A DNA stretch of 64,000 bases from Solirubrobacteraceae bacterium (lineage in GTDB: Bacteria > Actinomycetota > Thermoleophilia > Solirubrobacterales > Solirubrobacteraceae): NCBI GenBank assembly GCA_035294545.1, contig DATGKS010000068.1, positions 1,389-65,388 on the forward strand, written 5' to 3'. Positions 36,211 through 45,859 of this stretch are shown here, in pieces. The translations under genes and the position numbers were made by a program. Each line of letters begins with the position of its first letter. Position 1 is the first letter of the stretch. The notes beneath the pieces were generated by a model that was not told the origin of the DNA, searched no databases, and was given only the letters and a program-made list of their open reading frames with translations.

Positions 36211-36498
36211 ATGAGCCCCGAACGCACCCAGGCCTACCGTCGCGTCATGCGCACCCTCGACGACCTCGGACCGAGCAAGCTCCAGCGATCCGAGCAGGAC
36301 CGCATCCGCTTCGCCGCCGACAACCTCATCTTCAGTGCCGACTTCGCCTCCGAGGAGGCGCATGAGGCGCTGCGTGACATCGACGAGCTCTGCGTCGCGC
36401 TCGTCGACAGCGGCCGCTGGGAGGCCGCCACCGCCGAGCGGCTCGAGCGTGACGTGCTCGCCTGCGGGCCGAGGCAGCCGCTGGCGACCGCCGTCTGA
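36211..36498 (+). CDS. Hypothetical protein
   Basis: 95-aa ORF preceded by AAGGAGGGAG 5 nt upstream of the ATG. Acidic and helical; no family recognised. Confidence 0.55.
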   Translation: MSPERTQAYRRVMRTLDDLGPSKLQRSEQDRIRFAADNLIFSADFASEEAHEALRDIDELCVALVDSGRWEAATAERLERDVLACGPRQPLATAV

Positions 36499-36553
36499 GC
36501 TCGCGCAGCCTCACCGAGCCGCCCCATTCTGAAGCGAGCCTGAGCGAGCCTCC

Positions 36554-36994
36554 CTGAGCGAGCACCACGATCTGGGGCGGTTCCACGACGCCCAGGCGGG
36601 CGGGACGTACGAGCGCGTGCTCGCCGAGTTGCGCGCCGGGCGCAAGACGGGCCACTGGATGTGGTTCGTCTTTCCCCAGCTCGACGGCCTCGGCCGCAGC
36701 CCGACCGCCCGCCACTACGCGATCCGGTCGCTGCACCACGCCCGGGACTACCTCGCCGATCCGGTGCTCGGCCCGCGGCTGCGGGAGTGCTGCTCCGCGC
36801 TGCTGTCGCTCCCCGACCCGGTGGACGCCGCGCGGGTGCTCGGGCCTGTCGACGCGCTCAAGCTGCGCTCGTCCATGACGCTGTTCGCGCGCGCGGCCGA
36901 CGACGATGAGATCTTCCGGGCAGTGCTCGCGCGCTTCTACGCGGGCGCCGAGGACGAGGCGACGATCCGGCTGCTCGGCGCCGATCCCGGGTAG
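36554..36994 (+). CDS. DUF1810-family protein
   Basis: Contains GRKTGHWMWFVFPQLDGLGRSPTARHYAI. The track ORF starts at GTG 36617, but the family N-terminus (DLGRFHDAQ...YERVLAEL) extends upstream in frame. Candidate starts are CTG 36554 or 36572. Confidence 0.7.
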   Translation: MSEHHDLGRFHDAQAGGTYERVLAELRAGRKTGHWMWFVFPQLDGLGRSPTARHYAIRSLHHARDYLADPVLGPRLRECCSALLSLPDPVDAARVLGPVDALKLRSSMTLFARAADDDEIFRAVLARFYAGAEDEATIRLLGADPG

Positions 36995-37005
36995 CGTACC
37001 GGCCG

Positions 37006-38211
37006 ATGAGCCCGCCGTCGGACGCGAAGGATCCCCGCGCGCCGACGGCTCGCCCAGAGGACGTCCTCCTCCTCGACGACACGCTGAGCGGCTCCGAGCG
37101 CGCGCTCCGCGACCGGGTGCGCGCGTTCGCCGCCGAGCGCGTCCTGCCGGTCATCAACGACTACTGGGAGCGCGCCGAGTTCCCGTTCGAGCTGATCGCC
37201 CCGCTCGCGGAGCTCGGCGTCGTCGGCGGGGTCATCGAGGGATACGGCTGCCCTGGGCTGTCGCGCCGCGCGGCAGGGATCGTCGCCCGGGAGCTGGCGC
37301 GCGCCGACGGCTCGTTCAACACGTTCTTCGGCGTCCACTCGGGCCTCGCGATGGGCGCGATCGCGCTGCTCGGCTCCGAGGCGCAGAAGCAGCGCTGGTT
37401 ACCGCCGATGGCCCGCCTGGAGAAGATCGGCGCGTTCGCGCTCACCGAGCCCGAGCACGGCTCGGACTCCGTCGCGCTCGAGACATGCGCGCGGCGGGAC
37501 GGCGAGCATTGGGTGCTCGACGGGCGCAAGCGCTGGATCGGCAACGCGTCGATCGCCGACGTGGTCGTCGTGTGGGCGCGCGACGAGCACGGCGACGTCG
37601 GCGGCTTCCTCGTCGAGAAGGGCGCGCCCGGCTTCGACCCCTCCCCGGTGATCGCAGGCAAGATCGGCAAGCGCGCGGTCTGGCAGACCGAGATCAGCCT
37701 CTCGGAGGTCCGCCTCCCGGCCGACGCCCGGCTCGAGCGCGCGCGGTCGTTCCGCGACACCGCCCGCGTGCTCGCCGACACGCGCGCGGGCGCCGCCTGG
37801 GAGTGCGTCGGGCACGGGATGGCGTGCGTCGAGGCGGCGGTCCGCCATGCCTCCGAGCGCCGGCAGTTCGGCCGCCCGATCGCGTCCTTCCAGCTCGTGC
37901 AGGCCAAGCTCGCCACGATGGCCGCCGAGCTGACCGCGATGCAGCTCGTCTGCTTTCGCCTCGCCGAGCTTCAGCAGGCGGGCGCCGCGACCGGCGAGAT
38001 GTCATCGCTCGCCAAGTTCCACAACGTCCGCAAGGCGAAGCTCATCTGCTCGGAGGCGCGGGACGTCCTCGGCGGCAACGGGCTGCTCCTGGAGAACCAT
38101 GTCGCGCGCCACCTCACCGACATGGAGATCGTCGACACCTACGAGGGAACGGACTCGATCCAGTCGCTGCTGCTCGGGCGCGCGCTCACCGGGATCTCGG
38201 CGTTCGCCTGA
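37006..38211 (+). CDS. Acyl-CoA dehydrogenase (glutaryl-CoA dehydrogenase-like)
   Basis: 401 aa. Contains GAFALTEPEHGSDS and EIVDTYEGTDSIQSLLLGRALTG. Confidence 0.9.
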   Translation: MSPPSDAKDPRAPTARPEDVLLLDDTLSGSERALRDRVRAFAAERVLPVINDYWERAEFPFELIAPLAELGVVGGVIEGYGCPGLSRRAAGIVARELARADGSFNTFFGVHSGLAMGAIALLGSEAQKQRWLPPMARLEKIGAFALTEPEHGSDSVALETCARRDGEHWVLDGRKRWIGNASIADVVVVWARDEHGDVGGFLVEKGAPGFDPSPVIAGKIGKRAVWQTEISLSEVRLPADARLERARSFRDTARVLADTRAGAAWECVGHGMACVEAAVRHASERRQFGRPIASFQLVQAKLATMAAELTAMQLVCFRLAELQQAGAATGEMSSLAKFHNVRKAKLICSEARDVLGGNGLLLENHVARHLTDMEIVDTYEGTDSIQSLLLGRALTGISAFA

Positions 38212-38226
38212 GGGAGCGCCCGGGTT

Positions 38227-38898
38227 TCAGGCCCGCGGTAGCTCGAAGCGATCGCGCGCCGCCTCGACGCGCGCATGGATCGCGCAGCCGCCCAGGTGGT
38301 CGTTGACGAGCCCCATCGACTGCATGAACGCGTACGCGGTCGTCGGGCCGGTGAACCGCCAGCCGCGGCGCTTGAGGTCCTTGGAGAGGGCCTTCGACTC
38401 CTCGCTCAGCGTGAGCGCGCGCAGCGTCGCGTGGTCCGGGGCGCGCGCGCGGCGCGGCGGCGCGAAGCTCCAGATGTGCCGGGCGAGCGATCCCTCGGCG
38501 TCGACGAGTTCGACCGCCCGCGCGGCGTTGTTGATGACGGCCTCGATCTTGCCGCGGTGGCGGACGATCCCCGCGTCCTGCAGCAGCCGTTCGACGTCGG
38601 CCGGGCCGAAGCCGGCGAGCACGCGGAAGTCGAAGCCGGCAAACGCGGCCCGGAACGCCTCGCGCTTGCGCAGGATCGTCAGCCACGAGAGTCCCGCCTG
38701 GAAGCCCTCGAGGGACAGCTTCTCGAACAGCCGGATGTCGTCGGCCGTCGGAAATCCCCACTCGGTGTCGTGGTAGTGGACGTAGTCGGGCGCGGAGCCG
38801 GCCCACGCGCAGCGGGCCACGCCCTCCGGCCCGTGGACGAGGCCGTCCGCCGGCGGCTGCGCCGCGACGGCGGGCGCCGGGTCAGTTGCGGGCGGCAC
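38227..38898 (-). CDS. tag: DNA-3-methyladenine glycosylase I
   Basis: 223 aa. Contains YHDTEWGFP, LFEKLSLEGFQAGLSW and YAFMQSMGLVNDH. Confidence 0.9.
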   Translation of the reverse strand: MPPATDPAPAVAAQPPADGLVHGPEGVARCAWAGSAPDYVHYHDTEWGFPTADDIRLFEKLSLEGFQAGLSWLTILRKREAFRAAFAGFDFRVLAGFGPADVERLLQDAGIVRHRGKIEAVINNAARAVELVDAEGSLARHIWSFAPPRRARAPDHATLRALTLSEESKALSKDLKRRGWRFTGPTTAYAFMQSMGLVNDHLGGCAIHARVEAARDRFELPRA

Positions 38899-39310
38899 AG
38901 TCCGAGCAGAGACCGCTGACGACGACCTGCGCGTCGTCGGCGCGCAACCCGAGGCTCGTCGCGGCCCGCAGCACCGCCGCGTGATCGGTGACGCAGTCCA
39001 GGTCGGTGACCGCGCCGCACCGGCGGCAGACGAAGTGGTCGTGGGCGTCGGTGCGGGCGTCGAAGATCACCGCGCCGGAGCCGCCGGGCACGCGGCGCAC
39101 CTGCCCGAGCTCCACCAGCAGTTCGAGCGTCGCGTACACAGTCGGCAGCGAAACGCCGGGCATCAGCCGACTCACCTCGCCGAACACCGTCTCCGCGGTG
39201 ACGTGGCCGCCCCTCTCCCGCACGACCTTCGCGATCGCAAGGCGCTGCGGGGTGACGCGCCCGCCGCGGGCGCGGAGCGCGTCGGCAAGTGCGGTCTCGG
39301 TGGCGTCCAT
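38882..39310 (-). CDS. Fur-family transcriptional repressor
   Basis: 142 aa. The winged helix is RVTPQRLAIAKVV. Metal sites are HDHFVCRRCG and the C-terminal CSDC. 17-nt overlap with tag. Confidence 0.85.
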   Translation of the reverse strand: MDATETALADALRARGGRVTPQRLAIAKVVRERGGHVTAETVFGEVSRLMPGVSLPTVYATLELLVELGQVRRVPGGSGAVIFDARTDAHDHFVCRRCGAVTDLDCVTDHAAVLRAATSLGLRADDAQVVVSGLCSDCAARN

Positions 39311-39344
39311 GACTACGCCTTTGACGGTACCACAGCGGAGACGT

Positions 39345-39384
39345 TCTCTTGAGCAAAATGCTATCTTGTGTCTCTTGCGATAGC
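39345..39384. promoter_or_regulatory. AT-richer repeat cluster upstream of the fur-family gene; candidate autoregulatory box
   Basis: An inverted repeat GCTATC-N13-GATAGC sits at 39360-39384. A direct repeat TCTCTTG sits at 39345 and 39371. Both lie 35-75 nt upstream of the ATG at 39310. Confidence 0.3.
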
Positions 39385-39485
39385 TCGCACGTCCGGCTTA
39401 CAGCGGAGCATGTCCGGATCGATGCGGGAGCCGCCGAGGAGGAGCACGTCGTCCGCGACGGGCTCGAGGATCGCGAAGCCGCGAG

Positions 39486-39614
39486 CCCTACGTGCTGATC
39501 GAGTGCGGCAACATGCGCAATGCGGCCGATGCGGCGCTCCTCACCTCCCCCCGCTGGCAGCACCGGGCCGCGACGGCGATCGCGAGCGCGATCACCCGCT
39601 TCCTCGGCGGCTGA
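39486..39614 (+). pseudogene. 3' remnant of an N-acetylmuramoyl-L-alanine amidase (Amidase_3) gene
   Basis: The in-frame translation PYVLIECGNMRNAADAALLTSPRWQHRAATAIASAITRFLGG-stop matches the conserved C-terminus of Amidase_3 enzymes. Nothing amidase-like is readable upstream in any frame. Confidence 0.45.
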
Positions 39615-39618
39615 CCCC

Positions 39619-40761
39619 GTGAGCGGCCCGCTGGTCCCGCTGGCGACGGTCGCGCGGGAATGGACCCGCATCGGGGTCACCGGCTTCGGCGGCCCTCCCG
39701 CCCACATCGCGCTCCTGCGCGAGCTGATGGTCGAGCGCACCCGGTGGATGTCGGCCGCCGAGTTCCAGGACGCGAACGCGGCGTGCGGGCTGCTGCCCGG
39801 CCCGGCGTCGACGCAGATGGCGCTGTTCTGCGCCTACCGCGTCGCCGGCGCGCCCGGCGTGCTGGTTGGCGGGATCGGGTTCATCGCGCCCGCCGTCGTG
39901 CTCATCGTCGCGCTCTCGCTGCTGTTCCTCGCCCACCACCCGCCGCTCTGGATCCGGGGCGCCGGGGCGGGAGCGGGCGCGGCGGTGGCGGCGGTCGCCG
40001 TCCATGCCGCGCGCGGCTTCGTCGCGCCGAGCCTCGCCCGCGCGGGCGAGGCGCGCGCCCGGCGCGTGCGGTGGGCGCTGTACGTGATCGTCGGCCTGCT
40101 CGCCGCGGTCCTGCTCGGCCCGTACCTCGTGCTCGCGCTGCTCGCCTGCGGCGCGCTCGAGGCGGCGCTCGCCGGCGGCGTGCGCCCGTCGGCGGGGCTC
40201 GCGCTCGTGCCCGTGACAGCGACCGCCGGCGGCCTCGGCGCGCTCGCCTGGACGGCGTTCAAGGTCGGAGCGCTGTCGTTCGGCGGCGGCTTCGTGATCA
40301 TCCCGCTCATGCAGGGCGACGCGGTCCACGTGCACCACTGGATGTCGAACGCGCAGTTCCTGAACGCGGTCGCGCTCGGACAGGTGACCCCCGGACCGGT
40401 CGTGGCGACGGTGGCGGCGGTCGGATACGCGGCCCGCGGACTGCCCGGCGCCGGCCTCGCGGCGCTCGTCGCGTTCGCGCCCTCGTTCTTGTTCATCCTG
40501 ATCGGCGGCCCGCGCTTCGAACGGCTGCGACGCAACCTCGTCGCCCAGGCGTTCCTCGACGGGGCCGGGCCGGCGGCGATCGGCGCGATCTTCGGCGCTG
40601 GGATCCTGCTCGCGATCGTGCTCCGCGGCTGGCAGTTCGGGTTGCTCGCGCTCGGGGCGCTGGCGTTGCTCGTGCTCCGCCGCGGCGTCGTGGAGACGCT
40701 CGTCGGCGCCGGGGTCATCGGCGTCGTCGTCGTGCTCGCCGGGGGCGGCCTGCCCGCGTAG
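39619..40761 (+). CDS. chrA: Chromate transporter (CHR family)
   Basis: 380 aa from GTG 39619. It has duplicated CHR halves (FGGPPAHIALL...LLPGPASTQ and FGGGFVIIPLM...LGQVTPGPV). Confidence 0.85.
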   Translation: MSGPLVPLATVAREWTRIGVTGFGGPPAHIALLRELMVERTRWMSAAEFQDANAACGLLPGPASTQMALFCAYRVAGAPGVLVGGIGFIAPAVVLIVALSLLFLAHHPPLWIRGAGAGAGAAVAAVAVHAARGFVAPSLARAGEARARRVRWALYVIVGLLAAVLLGPYLVLALLACGALEAALAGGVRPSAGLALVPVTATAGGLGALAWTAFKVGALSFGGGFVIIPLMQGDAVHVHHWMSNAQFLNAVALGQVTPGPVVATVAAVGYAARGLPGAGLAALVAFAPSFLFILIGGPRFERLRRNLVAQAFLDGAGPAAIGAIFGAGILLAIVLRGWQFGLLALGALALLVLRRGVVETLVGAGVIGVVVVLAGGGLPA

Positions 40762-40771
40762 CAACCGGGGC

Positions 40772-42181
40772 TCAGGCGCGGGCCGCGGGCGGCTCCGCCG
40801 ACGCGCGCCGGGTCGCGCCGGCGAACGAGACGCCCATGAGCGCCCCGCCGCCCGGCCCGTTCGCCGCCGACACGTGCCCGTCGTGCGCCTCGGCGGCCTG
40901 CTTGACGATCGCCAGGCCGAGCCCGGAGCCCGGCATCCGCCGCGCGCGCTCGGAGCGGTAGAAGCGGTCGAACACGTGCGGGAGGTCCGCCTCGGGGATC
41001 CCCGGCCCGTGGTCGCGCACGGTGAGCATGCCGCCGCGGAGCGTCACCTCGACGAGGCCGTCGCGGTCGCTCCACTTGCGCGCGTTATCGATCAGGTTGG
41101 AGACCGCACGGGCGATCAGCTCGGGCGAGCCGTCGACGACGGTGGGCTCGAGATCCAGCTCGAATCGCATCTCCGGGGCGCGGCGACGCGCCCGCTCAAC
41201 CGCCTCCGAGACGACGACGTCGAGCTCGACCGGCTCGCGTCGCTCGTCGATGCGCGCGCCGCGCGCGAGCTCGAGGACGTCGGCGACGATCTGCGTGAGC
41301 TCGTCGAGCTCGGCGACGATCGCGCCCTGGAGCTCGCGCCGGTCCTCGGCCGGCAGCCGGTCGGCGTCGAGGAAGATCTGGATGTTGCTGCGGAGCGCCG
41401 CCATCGGCGTGCGCAGCTCGTGCGACGCATCGGCGATCAGATGGCGCTGGGCCTCGACCGAGGCCTCGAGCGCATCGAGTGTGCGGTTGAAGCTCGTCGC
41501 CAGGCGCCGCAGCTCGCTCGTCGGACCGAGCTCGAGCCGTCCCGGCTGGGCGAGCGAGCTCGTCGCGCGCTCGGTGCGCGCGGCGAAGCGCAGGATCGGC
41601 GCGACCGCGACCCGGCCGATCGCCCATCCGAGGATGCCGCCGAGCACGACCCCGACCGCGACGAGGATCAGGTAGGTGTCGAGCAGGCCGTCGAGCGTCC
41701 GTTCGGTGTCCGTGAGCGGGAGCGCCACCTCGACCGCCTTCCAGTCGGGGCGGTCGCCGACCGCGAGGATCTCGACCGGCGTGTCGTCGACCGTCGCACT
41801 GAAGTAGGCGGTGCCGCGCGCGGCCCGGGCGATCGCGCGCACCCGCGGCGTCACCGGCAGCTGCGGGCCGCCCGACTCGGTGACGACGCGCCCGTTCGGA
41901 CAGACTGACTGGAAGTAGCCGGTCGGTCCGCCGAGCGGGGAGCGCGGGATGCGGAAGCCGCGGGCATGGGCGCACACCGGGTGCCGCCGGGGATTGTCGT
42001 TGTCCTGATCGCCTGACCGCGGGTGGGGGCCCAGGTAGGGTGCGGCCTGCGTGGCGAGCTCCTGCCGGATCTCCGAGAGCAGCCGCGAACGCGTGCCGAG
42101 GTATCCGATCGCGCCGAGCACGAGCGTGATCGCCGCCACCGACAGCGCCGTCGCGAGCGCGATGCGGGTGCGCAGGCTCAC
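40772..42181 (-). CDS. Sensor histidine kinase (HAMP-HisKA-HATPase)
   Basis: 469 aa from GTG 42181 (GTGA overlap with the regulator stop). The H-box is ADASHELRTPM, and GSGLGLAIV is present. Confidence 0.85.
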   Translation of the reverse strand: MSLRTRIALATALSVAAITLVLGAIGYLGTRSRLLSEIRQELATQAAPYLGPHPRSGDQDNDNPRRHPVCAHARGFRIPRSPLGGPTGYFQSVCPNGRVVTESGGPQLPVTPRVRAIARAARGTAYFSATVDDTPVEILAVGDRPDWKAVEVALPLTDTERTLDGLLDTYLILVAVGVVLGGILGWAIGRVAVAPILRFAARTERATSSLAQPGRLELGPTSELRRLATSFNRTLDALEASVEAQRHLIADASHELRTPMAALRSNIQIFLDADRLPAEDRRELQGAIVAELDELTQIVADVLELARGARIDERREPVELDVVVSEAVERARRRAPEMRFELDLEPTVVDGSPELIARAVSNLIDNARKWSDRDGLVEVTLRGGMLTVRDHGPGIPEADLPHVFDRFYRSERARRMPGSGLGLAIVKQAAEAHDGHVSAANGPGGGALMGVSFAGATRRASAEPPAARA

Positions 42182-42855
42182 GAGGCGGACCGCAGCACGT
42201 AGCCGACCCCGTGGACCGTCTGGATGACGCGCGGCGAGCCGTCGCGCTCGAGCTTGCGCCGCAGGTAGCCGATGTAGACGCGCAACGAGTTCGTCGCGAG
42301 CGTCGCGTCGTAGCCCCACACCCGTTCGTAGATGAGGTCGGTGCTGAGCACCCGCCGGGGATTGAGCATGAACAGCTCGAGCAACTGGTACTCGGTGCGG
42401 GTGAGCGGCTCGACACGGCCGTTCACGCGCACCCCGTGCGAGCCCGGGTCGAGCTCGAGGTGCTCGAAGCGGAGCACCCCGGGGTCGGAGTCGTCGAGGT
42501 GGCGGCGGGCGATCGCCTTCAGCCGCGCGCGGAGCTCACGCACGTCGTAGGGCTTGACCAGGTAGTCGTCGGCGCCCGCCTCGAGACCGGCCACCCGGTC
42601 CTCGACGGCGTCGCGCGCGGTGAGCATCAGGATCGGCGTGCGGTCCCCCGCGGCGCGCAGCCGCCGGCAGATCTCGGTCCCGTCGAGCAGCGGAAGGCCG
42701 AGATCGAGCACGATCACGTCGCCGGCGCCCGCACGCGCCATGTCAAGCCCCTCCTGGCCGTCGGCGGCGGTCTCGACCTCGAAGCCGCCGAGCACAAGCG
42801 CGCGGCGCAACGCGGTGCGCAGCGAATCGTCGTCCTCGATCACCAGTACGCGCAT
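42178..42855 (-). CDS. OmpR-family response regulator
   Basis: 225 aa from ATG 42855 (MRVLVIEDDD). The receiver carries DLGLP, and there is a winged-helix C-terminus. Confidence 0.9.
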   Translation of the reverse strand: MRVLVIEDDDSLRTALRRALVLGGFEVETAADGQEGLDMARAGAGDVIVLDLGLPLLDGTEICRRLRAAGDRTPILMLTARDAVEDRVAGLEAGADDYLVKPYDVRELRARLKAIARRHLDDSDPGVLRFEHLELDPGSHGVRVNGRVEPLTRTEYQLLELFMLNPRRVLSTDLIYERVWGYDATLATNSLRVYIGYLRRKLERDGSPRVIQTVHGVGYVLRSAS

Positions 42856-42955
42856 GTCGATCTCTGCCTGCGCCCGCGGCGCACCGCCCATTGTCCCGGT
42901 CCGCGCAACCGCGGGGGCGCCGGGAGGCGCCGGCGGCGGCCTCTACGCTGCGCCG

Positions 42956-43510
42956 GTGCTCACGATCGCGCTGATCGCGGTCTCGATCGGACTCGACAAC
43001 TTCGCCGCATCGATCGCGATCGGCCTCGCCGGCATCGACCGCCGGCTGCGCGTGCGGATCGCCGTCGTGTTCGGCCTCTTCGAGGCCGGCATGCCGCTTC
43101 TCGGCCTTCTCGCCGGGCGCGGCCTCGCCCAGAGCCTCGGCGGCTCGGCGCACATCATCGGCGGCGGTCTGCTGATCGCCACCGGCGCCCACGCGATCGT
43201 CTCGACGCTCCGCTCCGACGACGAGGCGAACGCGCTCGCGGGGGCGCTCGCCGGCCCGTCGCTCGCCCGGCTGCTCGTCCTCGGTGCGGCGCTCAGCATC
43301 GACAACCTGATCGTCGGATTCGCGCTCGGGACCGACCACGCGCCGCTGCTGCTCAGCATCGTGACGATCGGGGTGGTGAGCGTCGCCCTCTCGCTCATCG
43401 GGCTCGAGCTCGGCGCCCGCCTCGGGAAGCGCGTCGACCGCTACGGCGAGCTGATCGGCGGCGTCGTGCTCGTCGGCGTCGGCATCGCCGTGCTCACGCG
43501 CCTGATCTGA
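42956..43510 (+). CDS. mntP: Manganese efflux pump MntP family
   Basis: 184 aa from GTG 42956. Contains SIGLDNFAASIAIG and AALSIDNLIVGFALG. Confidence 0.8.
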   Translation: MLTIALIAVSIGLDNFAASIAIGLAGIDRRLRVRIAVVFGLFEAGMPLLGLLAGRGLAQSLGGSAHIIGGGLLIATGAHAIVSTLRSDDEANALAGALAGPSLARLLVLGAALSIDNLIVGFALGTDHAPLLLSIVTIGVVSVALSLIGLELGARLGKRVDRYGELIGGVVLVGVGIAVLTRLI

Positions 43511-43599
43511 GCGATCCGAGGCTTCCCGCGCCCGAAGAACCCCGAGTCGACCCGCCGACAGGTGCTCCCGCGGCAGCCGCATGGAACTACGATCGAGTC

Positions 43600-44280
43600 G
43601 TGCCAACGGTCGCGCTGATCGAGGACGAACCCGGGATCGCCGACTTCGTCAGCCGCGGGCTCAGCTCCCGGGGACTCGTGGTGCGCACGGCGCTCGACGG
43701 CGAAGCGGGCCTCGAACTCGCGCTCAGCGACGACGTCGACCTCGTGATCCTCGATCTCATGCTGCCGCTGCGCGACGGGCGGGAGATCCTCGACGAGGTC
43801 GCGCGGGAGCGGCCGGGGCTGCCGGTGATCGTGCTCACCGCGCTCGGGGAGGTCGAGGATCGGGTCGAGGGGCTGAAGGCGGGCGCCGTCGACTACGTGG
43901 TCAAGCCGTTCGCGTTCGCCGAGCTCGAGGCGCGCGTGCAGACCCACCTGCGGATGGCCCGCCAGATCCCCCCGACGCGGCTCCGCGTCGGTCCGCTCGT
44001 GCTCGACCTGCTCGAGCATCGCGCGACGCTCGACGGGCAGCCGATCCGGCTGTCGAACACCGAGTTCGACCTGCTGAAGTACTTCATGCGCAACCCCGGT
44101 CAGGTCCTCTCCCGCGAGCAGATCCTGCGCGCCGTCTGGGGCTACGACCACGATCCGGCGACGAACGGCGTCGACGTCTACGTCGGCTATCTGCGCCGCA
44201 AGCTGCACCGCGAGGGTCGGGAGTCGGTGACGATCTCGACGCTCCGCTCCCGCGGGTATCGGCTCGACGACCCGCGATGA
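43600..44280 (+). CDS. OmpR-family response regulator
   Basis: 226 aa from GTG 43600 (VPTVALIEDEP...). The receiver carries DLMLP, and the winged helix contains TNGVDVYVGYLRRKL. Confidence 0.9.
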   Translation: MPTVALIEDEPGIADFVSRGLSSRGLVVRTALDGEAGLELALSDDVDLVILDLMLPLRDGREILDEVARERPGLPVIVLTALGEVEDRVEGLKAGAVDYVVKPFAFAELEARVQTHLRMARQIPPTRLRVGPLVLDLLEHRATLDGQPIRLSNTEFDLLKYFMRNPGQVLSREQILRAVWGYDHDPATNGVDVYVGYLRRKLHREGRESVTISTLRSRGYRLDDPR

Positions 44281-45797
44281 TCCGGCGCTCGAGCCTGCGC
44301 TGGCGTCTGGTCGCAGGCTTCGTCGCCACGATGGTCGTGGTGCTCGCGGTCGTGTTCGTGCTCGTCTACGAGCAGACCGGCAGCCAGCTGCGGGCCCAGA
44401 CCGACAGCGACGTGCGCGGAGACGTCACCCAGCTTGTGGAGGCTGCGCGCACGCTCCACGCCGGCACCGCGGGGGGGCTCGCCGCCGAGCTCGCGCGCTA
44501 CATCCGCGCCCAGCCCTACTCGTCGACCTCCCCGCTGCTGTTCGCGGTCCTCGGACGGGGCCCGGCGATCAGCAACCATCCGGAGCTCCTGATCTTCCGC
44601 CGTCGGCCTGAGCCGCACGAGACCCGCGTTCAGCAGGCCCAGGAGCTCGCGGAGAGCCGCGTGCTGCGCACGGGCGCGACCGGCCTGCGCACGGCGATCG
44701 TCCCGGACCTCGGCCGCGCGCGCATCGACGAGCAGATCGTCATCGTCGCCGGCGTGCGAGTGCGCCTCGGCGCGGGCGAGTCGCTGCGGAACGTCGCCCG
44801 CGGGCAGCGCGCGGTCGCCCGCACGTTCCTGCTCGCGGGCGGGGTCGGCCTCGCGCTCGTGCTGCTCGGGGCGTACCTGGCGGGCGCGCTCATCTCACGC
44901 CCGCTGCGGCGGATGGCCCGCGTCGCCGCGCAGGTGAGCGACGGCGCCCTGGAGCCGCGCATGGCCATCTCCCCCACCGCCAGCCGCGAGATCCGCGTGC
45001 TCGCGCGATCGTTCAACGGCATGCTCGACCGGCTCCAGTTCGCGTTCGCGAACGAGCGCGCGTTCGTCGCCGATGCCTCCCATGAGCTGCGCACGCCGCT
45101 CACCGTCATCGCCGGCCAGTTCGAGGTCCTCGCCGGCGAGGCCCATCCCTCGCCGGAGGACATCCGCCGCACCCAGCGGTTGATCAGTGCGGAGATCGCC
45201 CGCATCTCACGCCTGATCGACGACATGCTCCTGCTCACCCGGTCCGGTCACGCCGACTTCCTGCGACGGGACCGCTTCGCGCTCGAGCCGTTCATCGCCG
45301 ACCTGTGGGCGACGACCACGGCGGGGCGCGAGCGGCGCTTCGAACTCGGGCCGCTGCCCGCCGGAACGCTCGACGCCGATCCCGACCGACTCGCCCAGGC
45401 GCTGCGCAACCTGATCGAGAACGCGATCGTCCATACCGAGGAGCCGCAGGGGCTCGTCGCCCTGACGGCAGAGCTGCGTCCGTCCGGGCGGCTGCGGTTC
45501 GCGGTGGAGGACGACGGGCCCGGCATCCCCGAGGACGAGCGCGAGCGCGTCTTCGAGCGCTTTCACCGCACCGACCGGGGACGCGACCGCGTCTCGGGCG
45601 GAGCGGGTCTCGGCCTGTCGATCGTGCGCGCGATCGCCGAGGCTCATGGGGGGCGCGCGCGGGCGACGGAGCGTCCGGGGGGCGGCGCCCGCCTCGAGCT
45701 CGAGCTGCCCGGATTCCGGGCGGCGGCGCGCGTCCCCACGGACCCACCACCACCCGTTTCACAAGTCGTTCACAACTCGGCCGCCCGGCGCTCCTAG
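44277..45797 (+). CDS. Sensor histidine kinase
   Basis: 506 aa from ATG 44277 (ATGA overlap). Two TM segments, then HAMP. The H-box is ADASHELRTPL, and GAGLGLSIV is present. Confidence 0.85.
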   Translation: MIRRSSLRWRLVAGFVATMVVVLAVVFVLVYEQTGSQLRAQTDSDVRGDVTQLVEAARTLHAGTAGGLAAELARYIRAQPYSSTSPLLFAVLGRGPAISNHPELLIFRRRPEPHETRVQQAQELAESRVLRTGATGLRTAIVPDLGRARIDEQIVIVAGVRVRLGAGESLRNVARGQRAVARTFLLAGGVGLALVLLGAYLAGALISRPLRRMARVAAQVSDGALEPRMAISPTASREIRVLARSFNGMLDRLQFAFANERAFVADASHELRTPLTVIAGQFEVLAGEAHPSPEDIRRTQRLISAEIARISRLIDDMLLLTRSGHADFLRRDRFALEPFIADLWATTTAGRERRFELGPLPAGTLDADPDRLAQALRNLIENAIVHTEEPQGLVALTAELRPSGRLRFAVEDDGPGIPEDERERVFERFHRTDRGRDRVSGGAGLGLSIVRAIAEAHGGRARATERPGGGARLELELPGFRAAARVPTDPPPPVSQVVHNSAARRS

Positions 45798-45859
45798 CAT
45801 CGGCGGTTCGCGTCCTGGGCCGGTGTGACGCCCCGGACCGCCCCGGACCGCGCTCCGGC

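Noticed and set aside
42856-42955. A manganese (yybP-ykoY) riboswitch upstream of mntP
   Set aside because: Only about 100 nt are available between the divergent starts, and I could not recognise the conserved riboswitch core by eye. A covariance-model search would be needed before claiming it.
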